Assembly: GCF_006345805.1 (NCBI RefSeq)
Contig: NC_043022.1
Location: 5,518,001 to 5,582,000 of the forward strand
Source of the DNA: Octopus sinensis
Taxonomy: Eukaryota
Direction of reading: 5' to 3'
Length of the DNA stretch: 64,000 nt
Part shown: positions 37,345 through 50,085 of the stretch, one piece after another
Position numbering within the stretch: position 1 is the stretch's first letter
Layout of the letters: each line of letters opens with the position of its first letter
Position numbers and translations under genes: made by a program
Notes under the pieces: model-generated
Databases searched by the model: none
Told to the model about the DNA's origin: nothing
The model's input: only the letters and a program-made list of their open reading frames with translations

Positions 37345-38126
37345 CAAGAAAGCAGCAAGCTGGCAGAATTGTTAGCTCCCCGGGCAAAAAGCTTAACAGT
37401 ATTTCATCTGTCTTTATGTTTTGAGTTCAAATTCTGTCGAGGTCAACTTCACCTTTCAGGGTCGATAAATTAAGTACCAGTTGCATACTGGGGTCAATCT
37501 AATTGACTAGCAACCCTCCCCCAAAATTTTGGGGTTTATGCCTAGAGTAGAAAAGAATCGTTAGCACACTGGGTGAAATGCTTAGTGATATTTCGTCTGC
37601 CATTATGTTCTGAGTTCAAATTCTGCCAAGGTCGACTTTACCTTTCATCCTTTCAGAGTCGATAAATTAAGTACCAGTGAAACACTGGGGTTGATCTAAT
37701 CAACTATCCCCCTCCCCCAAATTTCAGGCCTTGTGCCTAGAGTAAAAAGGATTATTAAAACAGCAAGCTGGGCAGAATCGTTAGCAGTCCAAGCAAAATG
37801 CTTGGCAGCTTTTCATTTGTCTTTTTGTTCTGAGACCAAATTCTGTTGAGGTTGACTTAGCCTTTCATTCCTTAAAGAATTGATGAAATAAGAACCATTG
37901 ATCACTGGTGTCGGTGTAATTGACTAATCCCTGCCCCACAAACTTCAGGCCTTGTGTCAAAAGCAAGAAAGATTATTATTTTTAGAATGGTGAGCTGCCA
38001 GTATTGCTAAGTGCTTAGCGACGTTTCTTCTGCCTTTATGTTCTGAGTTCAAATTCCTCCAAGACTGTCTTTGCCCTTCATCCTCTTAATGTAACTTGCA
38101 AGTGTGAAAACCCCTGCTGCTCCAAC

Positions 38127-38175
<49 letters not shown>

Positions 38176-38400
38176 TCATTGTTGTTGTCATCATCATCAT
38201 CATCATCATTCTGTGTTCCATGTTCTTTATGTTCTGAGTTCAAATTCCTCCAAGACTGACTTTGCCCTTCATCCTCTCAAGGTCAATAGATTAAGTACCA
38301 GTTGAGCACTGGGGGTCAATGTAATCGACATACCCACTCCCCTGGAACTGCTGGCCTTGTGCCAAAATTCAAAATCCTTATTATTATCATCATCATTATT
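37345..38400 (+). mobile_element. Head-to-tail array of about 5 SINE family B copies
   Basis: Repeated gttctgagttcaaatt..ggtc.act...cctttca units separated by gattatt tails. Confidence 0.85.
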
Positions 38401-38999
38401 GTTCTGCATTTGCAGGGGCCAAACGTGGGAGCTAAATACAGGAACGTTTACACTACATGTTTCCACAATATATAACATTGATCCATATGCTTCTAGCAAA
38501 CAGTATTATTGTTGTGCAATTGCGATATAAAATGAATAAGACAAAACGTAGTCATTGATAATTCAAGCGTCTAAAACCGCCGTCTACTATTTTGGCATCC
38601 AAATGCCAAGGAGTATCAGCATTATTTCTATTTATTCAAACATTATTTGGTAATTTTGCCAATAAAATCTAAAAAGGTCCAAGGTAATAGTTTATGCAGT
38701 TAAATAATTGAAAATAAAAGGTTTTCCTATGAAAAGTCTGCCTTTCATATGTAAATTGACAATTGTTGGAGTAATAATTTGTCAGGTATATTAGAATTTT
38801 CCACTTAGCAACACATTAAGTGTGAGGTGGGTGCATTTTGGGGTCTGTATGCAAATTTAACAAAGATTTTTATTTGCGTTTCAGTTGGAAATTTTTTTTT
38901 TTTAGGAAAAAAAAAGACAAAGAAATTGAACTGAATAAAGAAATACTTGAAAGAGGGATCAGTTGGGGGTGGGGGGAGTGAATGGAGAGGGAACAAATT

Positions 39000-39310
39000 A
39001 GGAGAGTGATGACTGACTGACTGACGGTGGGAAGTGGAAAGAATATGGGAGAGAGAGGAGAGCGGGAGGAGAAAGAGAGTGAGGGGAGAGAGAGGAGAGG
39101 GGTAGAAGGAGAATGAGGGGGGGGAGAGGAGAGCGGGAGGAGAAGGAGAGTGAGGGGGAGAGAGAGAAGAGAGCAAGATTGGGTGAACAAATACAAAAAG
39201 AATGAGAAGTAGGGAGAGGAAATGAGGAAGGGGCAAAGAATGCAGGAGAGGGGGTAGAGGAGAGGTTCGATGGAGGGTGTAGAGGAGAGGTTTGATGGAG
39301 GGGGGAAAGG
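39000..39310. repeat. Polypurine (GA/GGA) low-complexity tract
   Basis: Nearly pure purine on the + strand, with repeated gagaggagagcgggaggaga. Confidence 0.8.
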
Positions 39311-39606
39311 GTTTAGAATAGAATCAAGATGAAGGTTTAAATTGCCAAACAATATAAATTAAGAATGAAAAAAAAACAAAAGGAGAATTAAAGCTTTTGT
39401 TTTGTTTTAGGAGATGACTATTAACGATGTTTATTAATTACAGTAATAGGCATAGGCATGGCTGTGTGGTAAGAAGCTTGTTTTCCAACCTCATGGTTTT
39501 GGGTTCAGTCCTACTGCATGGCACCTTGGACAAATGTCTTCAACTACAGCCTTGGGCTGACCAAAGCCTTATGAGTGGATTTGGTAGATGGAAACTGAAA
39601 GAAGCC

Positions 39607-39661
<55 letters not shown>

Positions 39662-41053
39662 TGTGTGTGTCAATGTTTGTCCCCCTCACCACTGCTTGAC
39701 AACCGGTGTTAGTTTGTTTATGTCTCTGTAACTTAGCGGTTCGGCAAAAGAGAATTATAAAATAAGTATCATGCTTGAAAAAGATAATAAGCACTGGGGA
39801 TGATACATTTGACTAAAATTGCTCCAGTATGGCTGTGACAAATAAAAAGGAAAAGATAAAGATAATGAAGATACGGTAATAACGAAGGCAAAGATCTTAA
39901 TTAAGCATTGACACAAAAATCTGAAATGATGTAAAAGATAGAATTCTAAAGGAATTCTATAATGGGTTCAGCTCTTTTGGTTTTATCAGGGGTAGTTATT
40001 TGGACAAGAATGGCCAGGCATTCGTACATACACTGGACTGTTGCTCTGGATTTCTCCAGGTCTAATGTGGACCTATATACGTTGTGAGGTGTGTATCTGT
40101 TGTGATCCCAGCTCAGGGCTTTCTGTGGAACAAACTGTAGATTCTTGAGCAAAACACTTCATTTTGCTGTGGCTCCAGTCCACTCCCATTTCAGTGAGTC
40201 ACCCTGCGATAGACTGGCTTTCCAATGAGAGGAGAATGTTGGCCTGGTTACCCAGCCAATGGGGTCAAGCACACTGTGACCTACATACTCATACACACAC
40301 ACATGCTTGTATGCATACACACACACATGCTTGTATGCATACACACACACATGCTTGTATGCACACACACATGGCACATACACACACATGGGTAGAACAG
40401 AATAGATATTTTCTTTCACTCACTTTTAGACATTAAACATAATGGACACTCAGACATCCCACTTAGAGTTCCTATGATTTTTCTCATCCTCAGGAAAATA
40501 TCTCATCATCATGATTATCACTTAACATCCGCTTTCCATGCTGGCATGGGTTGGACTGTTTGATTGGGGCTGGTGAGCTGGAAGGCTGTACCAGACCCCG
40601 AGTCTGATTTGGCATGGTTTTCTATGGCTGGATGCCCTTCCTAACACCAAACCTTTTGAGAGTGTAGTGGGCACTTTTTATGTGCCACCGGCACAGGAGC
40701 CTGTCAGGCGGCACTGGCATCAACTATACTTGAATGGTGCTTTTTACGTACCACCAGCATGGGAGCCAGTTAGGTGGCACTGGTGCTGGCCACGGCTACA
40801 ATCTCACTTGGCTTGCTGGGTCTTCTCAAGCACACACACACACACACACACAATGGGCCTGTGTGCTATGACCATGTACCAAATCACTTGAGGTTGCAGT
40901 CAAAGGCAGTCTCGCAGTCGGTGCAGAATGGGACCACACCCAGAGTCAGATGGTTGAGAAGCCAACTACTGTATCCATGCAGCCAGAGTCTGAGGAGAAG
41001 ACAAAGCAGCCAGATGGTTGTGTGTTGGAGATGTGGAGGCACCGAGATTCCGG

Positions 41054-41225
41054 TGTAGGAGTGGCTATGTGGTAAGTAGCTTGCTTACGAACCACATGGT
41101 TCCGGGTTCAGTCCCACGGCGTGGCACATTGGGCAAGTGTCTTATACTTATAGCCTCGGGCCGACCAAAGCCTTGTGAGTGGATTTGGTAGACGGAAACT
41201 GAAAGAAGCCCATCGTATATATATG

Positions 41226-41256
<31 letters not shown>

Positions 41257-41701
41257 TATATATATCACAATCAAGGAACGGCCATAATAGGCCATTCACC
41301 CACTAGAATAACAGCCAAAAAGCTTCAACCGCAAAATAACATTAATTCTGTAAACCAGGAGAAAATTAAAAAAACATTTACCCTGAAATTCCTTATACGA
41401 TGCACCGTTTCGTCTACTGTTTAATGGTAAACTATCCTGATTAAATTAAATCAAGCCAATCTACCATGCATCGTATAAGGAATTTCAGGGTAAATGTTTT
41501 TTAATTTTCTCCTGGTTTACAGAATTAATGTTATTTTGCGGTTGAAGCTTTTTGGCTGTTATTTCTAGTGGGTGAATGGCCTATTATGGCCGTTCCTTGA
41601 TTGTGATATTGAACTTAAAAATGGTTTATGACTATTTAATTTTTCCCACTAGGCCGCTGGGGGCAAAAGAATTCTACAAATTTTTTGCCTCCCTATATTG
41701 A

Positions 41702-41761
<60 letters not shown>

Positions 41762-41990
41762 TATATATGTTTGTGTGTCTGTGTTTCTCCCCACAACATC
41801 GCTTAACAACCGATGCTGGTTTGTTTACGTCCCCGTAACTTAGCGGTTTGGCAAAAGAGACCGATAGAATAAGTACTAGGCTTGCAAAGAATAAGTCCTG
41901 GGGTCGACTGGATCGACTAAAAGGCGGTGCTCCAGTATGGCCGCAGTCAAATGACTGAAACAAATAAAAGAATAAAAGAAAAGAAAGAAA
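41054..41990 (+). mobile_element. SINE family A split in its internal TA tract by a PLE-like insertion
   Basis: Head at 41054-41218, tail at 41765-41990, insert at 41262-41705. Confidence 0.85.
41262..41705. mobile_element. PLE-like fold-back element with a near-perfect 143-bp inverted repeat (41262-41404 / 41467-41609) and the 3' half of an HHR
   Basis: Minus strand 41391-41418: AGTAGAC GAAA CGGTGCATCG TA TAAGG. The inversion breakpoint lies inside the palindromic stem III (atgcat). Confidence 0.75.
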
Positions 41991-42310
41991 GTGTCACAAG
42001 ACACACTAATCACTAGAAAACATCAGATGTCATCAAGAGAAGAGAGAGAGAGAGAGAGATGCTGTTGTCTGTTGGAAGTAATTAATTTTGTCATTAGCAT
42101 TGGTTCATTGTTCATTTTGTTTAATTACACACCTCAGAAGTCATTTATTGATTCTGTAATCCACTTATATTCTATACAACAATTACAACAACATTGAAAG
42201 GTTGAGATTAACTTTGAGGAAACGTGGGTTGTCGTTTCTTTTACTGGAATGATCTGGAGGAAGGGACAATGCCCATAGCTTTCACAGATTGTTGAAATTT
42301 ATGCGATTAA

Positions 42311-42531
42311 CCCTTTTGTTACCAACCCGGCTGAAACCGGCTCTGGCTCTGTAGTACAAATGTCATGTTTTCATAAGTTTTGAATTAAAATCTTCCAGCA
42401 AACCTTAGTGCCACTTTATCTTCCTAACACTAGCTGAATGATAACGAAGTTATTTTACTAAATTATTTGTTGTATTTAAAGTAATTGAAAGAAACACAGA
42501 GCATCCCAAAATAAATACAGTAACGAAAGGG
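42311..42531. mobile_element. piggyBac-like MITE, intact
   Basis: TTAA TSDs at 42307 and 42532; TIRs CCCTTTTGTTAC / GTAACGAAAGGG. Confidence 0.9.
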
Positions 42532-42666
42532 TTAAATATGCCTACAATATGCCTTGATGGAGGGCAGAGAACCCACCCTACCAACCGAACCTAGCAGAGA
42601 CTAACCACACCGTTTTTAACCATTTACCATTCAGGTTCCTCTGCCAAATGTAATGCTTATTCAGTC

Positions 42667-43308
42667 TTTTATTCTTGTACTTGTTTCAGTCATTTGACTG
42701 CGGCCATGCTGGAGCATCACCTTGAAGGGTGTTTTAGTGGAAGAAATCGATCCCAGGATTTATTATTTGTAAGCCTAGTACTTATTTCTATCAGTCTTTT
42801 TTGCTGAACCGCTAAGTTACAGGGACGTAAACACACCAACATCGGTTGTCAAACGATGGTGTGAGGACAAACACAGACACACACACACACACATATATAA
42901 TATATATGTGGAGTGGCTGTGTGGTAAGTAGCTTGCTTACCAGCCACATGGTTCCGGGTTCAGTCCCGCTGCGTGGCATCTTGGGCAAGTGTCTTCTGCT
43001 ATAGCCCCGGGCCTACCAATGCCTTGTGAGTGGATTTGGTAGACGGAAACTGAAAGAAGCCTGTCGTATATATGTATATATGTGTGTTTATGTGTTTGTG
43101 TGTCTGTGTTTGTCCTCCTAGCATTGCTTGACAACTGATGCTGGTGTGTTTACGTCGCCGTCACTTAGCGGTTCAGCAAAAGAGACCGACAGAATAAGTA
43201 CTGGGCTTACAAAGAATAAGTCCCGGGGTCGATTTGCTCGACTAGAGGCGGTGCTCCAGCATGGCCGCAGTCAAATGACTGAAACAAGTAAAAGAGTAAA
43301 AGAGTAAA

Positions 43309-43339
<31 letters not shown>

Positions 43340-43455
43340 ACACATGACAGGCTTCTTTCAGTTTCCGTCTACCAATTCCACTCACAAGACACTTGCCCAA
43401 TGTGCCATGCAGTGGGACTGAACCAAGAACCATGTTGTTGGGAAGCAAGCCTCTT
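42667..43455. mobile_element. Minus SINE A with a plus SINE A (42909-43310) nested in its internal microsatellite
   Basis: Minus tail at 42667-42900, minus head at 43340-43455. Confidence 0.85.
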
Positions 43456-44716
43456 ATTTATTCACACTGTTTTGAATTAATCAAGCATTATCTTATAGCT
43501 TCAAGATTTTAATGATGTGATGATTGGTTTGTAAAATGGCATTGTAGTGTAGGTGTGAGAGGCTGGATCTGGCCAGTTTGAACATAAAACAGGAAGACTA
43601 ATTTGGTTAAGATGTTGAAGTGGTCTAACTTAAAAGTGCTGTCTTTTGCAACATCATGTGACTTGAGTTCCAAACATCGGTTTAATAACGACAAAATTAT
43701 TTTATTAAATTCTTCGTTATTTTAAAAATTCTTTGCAGAGTATATCAAGAAAGATCTGGTAACAAAAGCATGAAAGACATCAACCAGCATCTTGCTGAAA
43801 GTGAACTGTTTGAAAAGAGGCAAAACAGACACCGACGTGAGCTCCTAAACTCTGAGAACAGTTTCTCATTTGCACTTTTGAATTATTGGCATTTCTATTG
43901 ATTTATTGACAAAATTAATTGAATATTTTATAAACAATAATGCCATTAGATGTTTCTAATGGCTTCATCAATAGTTCACAATATTTGCTGTACAGAGAAT
44001 GACAAGAGGTGAATCTGTGTAACTAGGGATGAACAAATACCCCAAGGGACTTTGATTTATGCCTTAATTTATCGATTTTCCCTACAAATGTTTGCATCTT
44101 TCATAAATACACATTACTGAAAGATGCAGACATGTGCACATATAAACACACCTATTTATTTGCATACATCTATGATGGGCTTCTGCACAGTTTCCGTCTG
44201 CTGAATTTCCCTCATAAGTTATTCCCCAGCACCAAGCTGTGGAAGAAGACACTGGCCCAAGGTTCCTTGCAGTGGAATCAAACTAAATAAAACATGGTGG
44301 CAGAACAAATAATCACTACATGATTATGCCAAAACCTGCTTGAAGAACTTTCAAACAAATTGATGGAAAGCGGTCTTTTGATGATGGTTGTTGCTCTGAC
44401 AGATATTGTTATATCCCAAGTCATCAATAGAATGGTTCTATCTGGCACTGTACCACTCCCAGTCGTACAGTGTTATTAGCCTCAAAAGGTCAGATTGTTA
44501 TAATGTCCACTCAGCATCACAGTATAATTACTATATCAGCACAGACACGACTATCAACACGTACTCTCAACCTTCTCTTGACAACCAGCTACTGGTCTAT
44601 TTGTGATGGCTGACTCCTACCACTTTTTACCAGGAGAGCTGTACAGTTTTACTACACAACACCTAGAAAGAAGATACTATCTCAGTGTGTTGTTGCTGAT
44701 GACAAAGGACATAATT

Positions 44717-44876
44717 CTTTTCTACTCTAGGCACACGGCCCAAAATTTTGTGGGGAGGGGGCCAGTCGACTTGCTGACCCCAGTACGTAACTAGTACTTG
44801 ATTTATCAACCCTGAAAAGATGAAAGGCAAAGTTGACCTCAGAGGAATTTGAACTCAGAACGTAAGGACCAACGAA
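44717..44876 (-). mobile_element. 5'-truncated SINE family B with 15-bp TSD
   Basis: acaaaggacataatt at 44702-44716 and 44877-44891. Confidence 0.9.
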
Positions 44877-46074
44877 ACAAAGGACATAATTAAGCTTCCA
44901 ATGAGTGTTTTATCATTACTACTGCCCTCATTTATCTCGTTAGTCTTTTAATCAAATGAATCAGAGAAATCAGTTTTGAAGGCTGGAATAATAATTAATA
45001 TAAACCCTAATTATTAAGCACAGTTGCTTGGTTTCAAAGTTTTCTTAGCAACTCTGTAGGTTTGGGGTTCAGTTCTATTGCATGGCACCCAGCACAAACA
45101 TGTTTTATTTTAGCCTCAGGCAGGCCAAAGCCTTGTAAGTAGATTTGGTAGATGGAAACTGAAAGAAGCCTATAGTATGTGTGTGCATGTCCTTCTCTTG
45201 ACATCAGGCACTAATTGTAAATGAATGTCACCATCCTACAAGCGATGTCATTTGTTTTGCGTCTTCTGTGGAAACATGTCTGACCATTTGTGTTGTTTCT
45301 GTTCTTCCCAGAAAGTCAACTCTTTGGGAATTCCCCTTGGACATGTGTATTCTTCAGTCACCAGGTCAAAATAGTTTAAGAGGAACATTTGCACGATCCT
45401 CCACCCCCACTGCTTTTGGAGGTCATGCGACAGTTCTTTCTGCCAAACCAAACTATTCATCATCATCATTTACCATCCATTTCCCATGCTAGCATGGGAA
45501 ATGGATGTTTTGACCAGAGATGGTAAAGCCAAGGGCCACATGGGGTACCAAAGTCTATTTTAGCTTTGTTTCTGCAGCTGGATGTCCTTCCGAACACCAA
45601 ACACTTTACAGAGTGTACTGGGTGCTTTTGACATGGCACCAGCACAGGTGGGTTTTACATGGCACCAGCACAGGTGCCCCTTACAAAGAGCGAGCACATG
45701 TGGTTTTTACAAGGAGCCAACACAAGCATATTTAAAGTGACACCAGCATAGGTGCTTTTTATGTGGCATCAGCATAGGTGCCCCTTTTCAAGGAACCAGC
45801 ACAGGTGCACTTTATATGGCACCAGGACAGTTGCTCTTTCCATGGCATCACCAATGGCACCGGTGCTTTTTATGCAGCACCAGATAAAGTTGAGTTTGTT
45901 GCTACATCGAGGCAGGATAGATGGTTCTAGAATATCTCTACCCACCGACACTGACTCTTCAGCCGAACAAATATATCGGGGAGTGAAGGATGGGGTTAGA
46001 TTCAACAGTATGAATGGATAAGAGGAGATATATTTGGGCATCAGCAACACTTGAAAACAGCAACAACAACAATA

Positions 46075-46120
<46 letters not shown>

Positions 46121-46470
46121 GTCAACAAAAAGAAAAACTAAATAGATGAAGAGACCAGTGAAATGTTGATTTCCTGTTGAGGAAGTGACGTCTGCAGAGG
46201 AACCAAGATGTCGCTATATAATCTGAGGGATAAATAAATGGTTGGTGGAGCAACAACATCTAAGACAGCACAGTTCTGCCTTGTATTTCTCATGCCCTGA
46301 TGGAGAGACAAGCATCTCACAGAGATGTGTATCTTAGATACGTAACTTAATACATATAAAGAGGGCAGCGGTGGTGGTGGCAACAGTGGTGGTGGTGGTG
46401 GTGAAGCGATGTGGGTGTAATTGTTGACATGTGATTGCGTGAGGGACTAAGAAATAATGAAACACACCGA

Positions 46471-46532
<62 letters not shown>

Positions 46533-47711
46533 TGTGTGTGTTATTCATAAACAAACTCAAATCTGAGATGAATATTAAAGATTGTCGGACAAAGACTGTC
46601 AGAGGGGATGTTAGTTGGAAGGAGAGAAGGAGGGAGATGCAAACAGGGGCAGGGAGACGGAGAGACAGATATGTGGGGCAACAAGGGTGACAAACAAACG
46701 GGTGTAGAAAGATGGAGACGGACTTCAGTTAGTGAGACTGACAGATTGAGAAATTGATAGACATAGATATATGGTAGGGGAGGGGAGGTGGGGATGGGGG
46801 GGTGAGAGATGGAAGGCACAGACACACAGACAGACAAATATATAGATGGATCATCAACAAGTAAATGGACCTTCATCAGTGTCAAGAATGAGGATTCAGT
46901 TGTTTGACCTCAACTGAATTATCTGCTCTTGAATTACCATGTGAGTGGCAGAGTATTCCACAGATATGCATACCCTTTACATAATCCAAGTGTTTGGCAA
47001 GGCTGTACCTTTGTATTACATGTACAATCTACCCAACAGACTGGTGTTATAACTTGCAACAATGAGGCAGGGTGGGAAATACCCAGGGGTACCTGCTGCA
47101 TGGAAAACAAGCAGTAAAGTGGATGTTAACCATAAAATTTTAATAAAATGTATTTTGCTACTTTTCATGAGCAGAATTAAGGACTGTCAGTCTGATGTAG
47201 GGGATGTGACTGTTTAATTTGGACAGTCTGGCAGAGGTGGGGAGGTCACTGGCACTGGAAAGCCGAGAGCAGGTGGAGGTTGTTTACACTGATTGAGCAT
47301 TTGTTTTGTATTTTGCTTTTTTGACAACTTTATCCACTTTTCAGGGCAATTTCCTTGCTATTTCTAGCATGTCTACTGATTACAAATAGGGTCCATGGTA
47401 GTTTGTATTTATGTTCGTTAATGAGTGTAGAGAAAAACAAGACATTAAACGAGAATGGTTGCCCCACATCATCTCTTTCTCCCTCTCCCTTTCACACACA
47501 CACACACACACACACACATTCTGTCTTGTTCCAGTCCCAACCCCAGAACTTACTTATCAGTTACTTATTGATCTATTTATAACTGATATTTATTGATCTA
47601 TTCTCTATATGGCTAAAGTACAGGAAATAACAAAAGATATCACTTCTTTTAATGTAAAGACACACATAAACACACACACACAGACACACAGACACACACA
47701 CACATGCGCAG

Positions 47712-48128
47712 AAGGCAAGCTTCCACAATATTTTTGGTAAGTGATTTCACTCAGAAGGCGTTGGTTTGCCATCAAGACTACAATAGAAGACACTTGCCTA
47801 CGGTGCCATGCAACAGGACTGAACCGACAGCTAAATGGTTGAAAAGCAAATTTCTTCAACCAAATAACACACACACACACACACACACAGACACACACAC
47901 ACACACACATACACACAAACACACAGACACACACACACACACACACACACCACACACATGCACACAAGGCAAGCTTCCACAATATTTTTGGTAAGTGATT
48001 TCACTCAGAAGGCGTTGGTTTGCCATCAAGACTACAATAGAAGATACTTGCCCACGGTGCCATGCAACAGGACTGAACCGACACTCTAAATGGTTGCAAA
48101 GCAAATTTCTTCAACCAAATAGCCATGC
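47712..48128 (-). repeat. Tandem duplication (~255 bp) of a SINE A head plus CA tract
   Basis: aggcaagcttccacaatatttttggtaagtg... near 47713 and 47967. Confidence 0.9.
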
Positions 48129-48770
48129 CATGAGTAGACTTCCAAAGACAGCCAAAACAGAAATACAATTATTGCGTGAAACTAAAGAAAGAACATTTAC
48201 CGATAACAACCAGTTACTTTTAGATGATAAATAAAATGATATCCAGCATAGAATCCAGATTCTTTTTACAAGGAAAAAAGAAAATATGATAGAATTCCTG
48301 GTTATTATTTCAAAATAGTTGTGTTGACTGCTGCTTCGAAGCACTTCCTGCAATGTTAACAGAGCTTAGAATATGTCTAGAGATTGGCAGCGCTGAGAGT
48401 GTTTCAGCAGAAAAATATTAACAATGGAATTGCCAGTTGAAACGAAAAATATAACATTAAGTGGTGATTTTTTCTTCTTTTTTTTTTTTTTGCATGCATA
48501 AAAATGCACAATGGTGGAAATATGTTTCAACTCTATCTTCTCTCTCTGTCTACATATATCATCATCATGTGTGTGTGTATAAACATACATACATATATAT
48601 ACATATACATATATATATATATACATATATACATACATACATATATATATATATACACACACATGTATAGACAAACACATACACACACACACACATAATA
48701 TTATCCTCATCAGTTATGTATAGTGTGTATGCATATATTATCCTTATCAGGTATATGTAATTGTGTGTGT

Positions 48771-48884
<114 letters not shown>

Positions 48885-49734
48885 CTGTGTTTATACACAC
48901 ACACACACAGACATATATAAATGAATATTTACTAATGTCAGCAGAGAACATATAAGGAAACTCGATTCCGATAGTTTGCTTACCAACAAACAGAACATAC
49001 AATAACGGTGTGGCGCCACCTGGTTATTTATATTCTGCAATCATTGTTTGTTTACTCTAAAAAACAAAGAAACATGTCCAATGAAAGGAGCCTCTACGTG
49101 GTTCCTCAACCTGCTAGAAATAGCATTTAAATCCCTCTCAAAACACATCATCTACCATCTGGAAAAGAAAAATGCAAGAATGCACCAAATAACACACTCC
49201 GAGATACACTATTCCTGAAAACAGCATGGAGCAGTCCTCGCCTAGCTAGAATAACATTGATCATATGACTGTTCCCTTAGGTCATACCTGGGGTTAAACA
49301 ACAATAACAACAACCTACTATAAGGATTTGATACCAAATGAACCCCTAATTGCTGAACACATTATAATCAACATCTTTTCCCTATCCACCTTGACTATGC
49401 TCCACTGGACTATCAACCGTCAAGCGTTACCCCTGTCCCAACCCTCACCCCAGGGTGGTCGCTGTCAACCTCATTTATGTGAGTGTCTGCCCAAGAGACT
49501 CATCTGTTCCTCAGTCATATAATGATCAGACATACCAGTGTTTTCAGTGGGGAAATCAAGTCAGAGTTTTTGATTTTTAAATAATTTTTCTTATGGCAGA
49601 ACCTGTGAGCCACATCATCCTTGCTTACAGGATTCTGTTGGACCAAACATTGGTTCATAATATTCCTGACAGCAACACCTATTATTAGAAGAGCCAGTTG
49701 ACCCAAGAAAAACAATTATCAACAACGGACCTCA

Positions 49735-50085
49735 TCATCATCATCATTTAACACATCATTATCATCATCATCAGCATGGGTTGGATGGTTTGATCAGAGC
49801 TGGTAAGCCGGAAGCCTGTGTCAGACTCCAATCTGATTTGGCAAGGTTTCTACGGTTTGATGCCCTTCCTAACGCCAACCACTCTGAGAGTGTAGTGAGT
49901 GCTTTTACATGCCACTGGCACGGGTGCCATTTGTATGACATCAGTATCTGCCACGACTGCAATTTTGCTTGGCTTGATGGGTTTTCATCTCAAGCATGAC
50001 ATGATGCCAAAGGTCTTGGTCATTGCCTCCATGAGGCCCAATCCTCATAAGGAACTCAGCCACTTTGCCTCTGTGAGGCCCATAC
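49735..50085 (-). mobile_element. RTE-LINE 3' end (family C)
   Basis: (CAT)n, gcatgggttggatgg...gatgcccttcctaacgccaacc...ccaaaggtcttggtcattgcctcc. Confidence 0.85.

Noticed and set aside
44400-44700. Possible RTE ORF relic
   Set aside because: Similarity to RTE motifs is too weak to support without an alignment.
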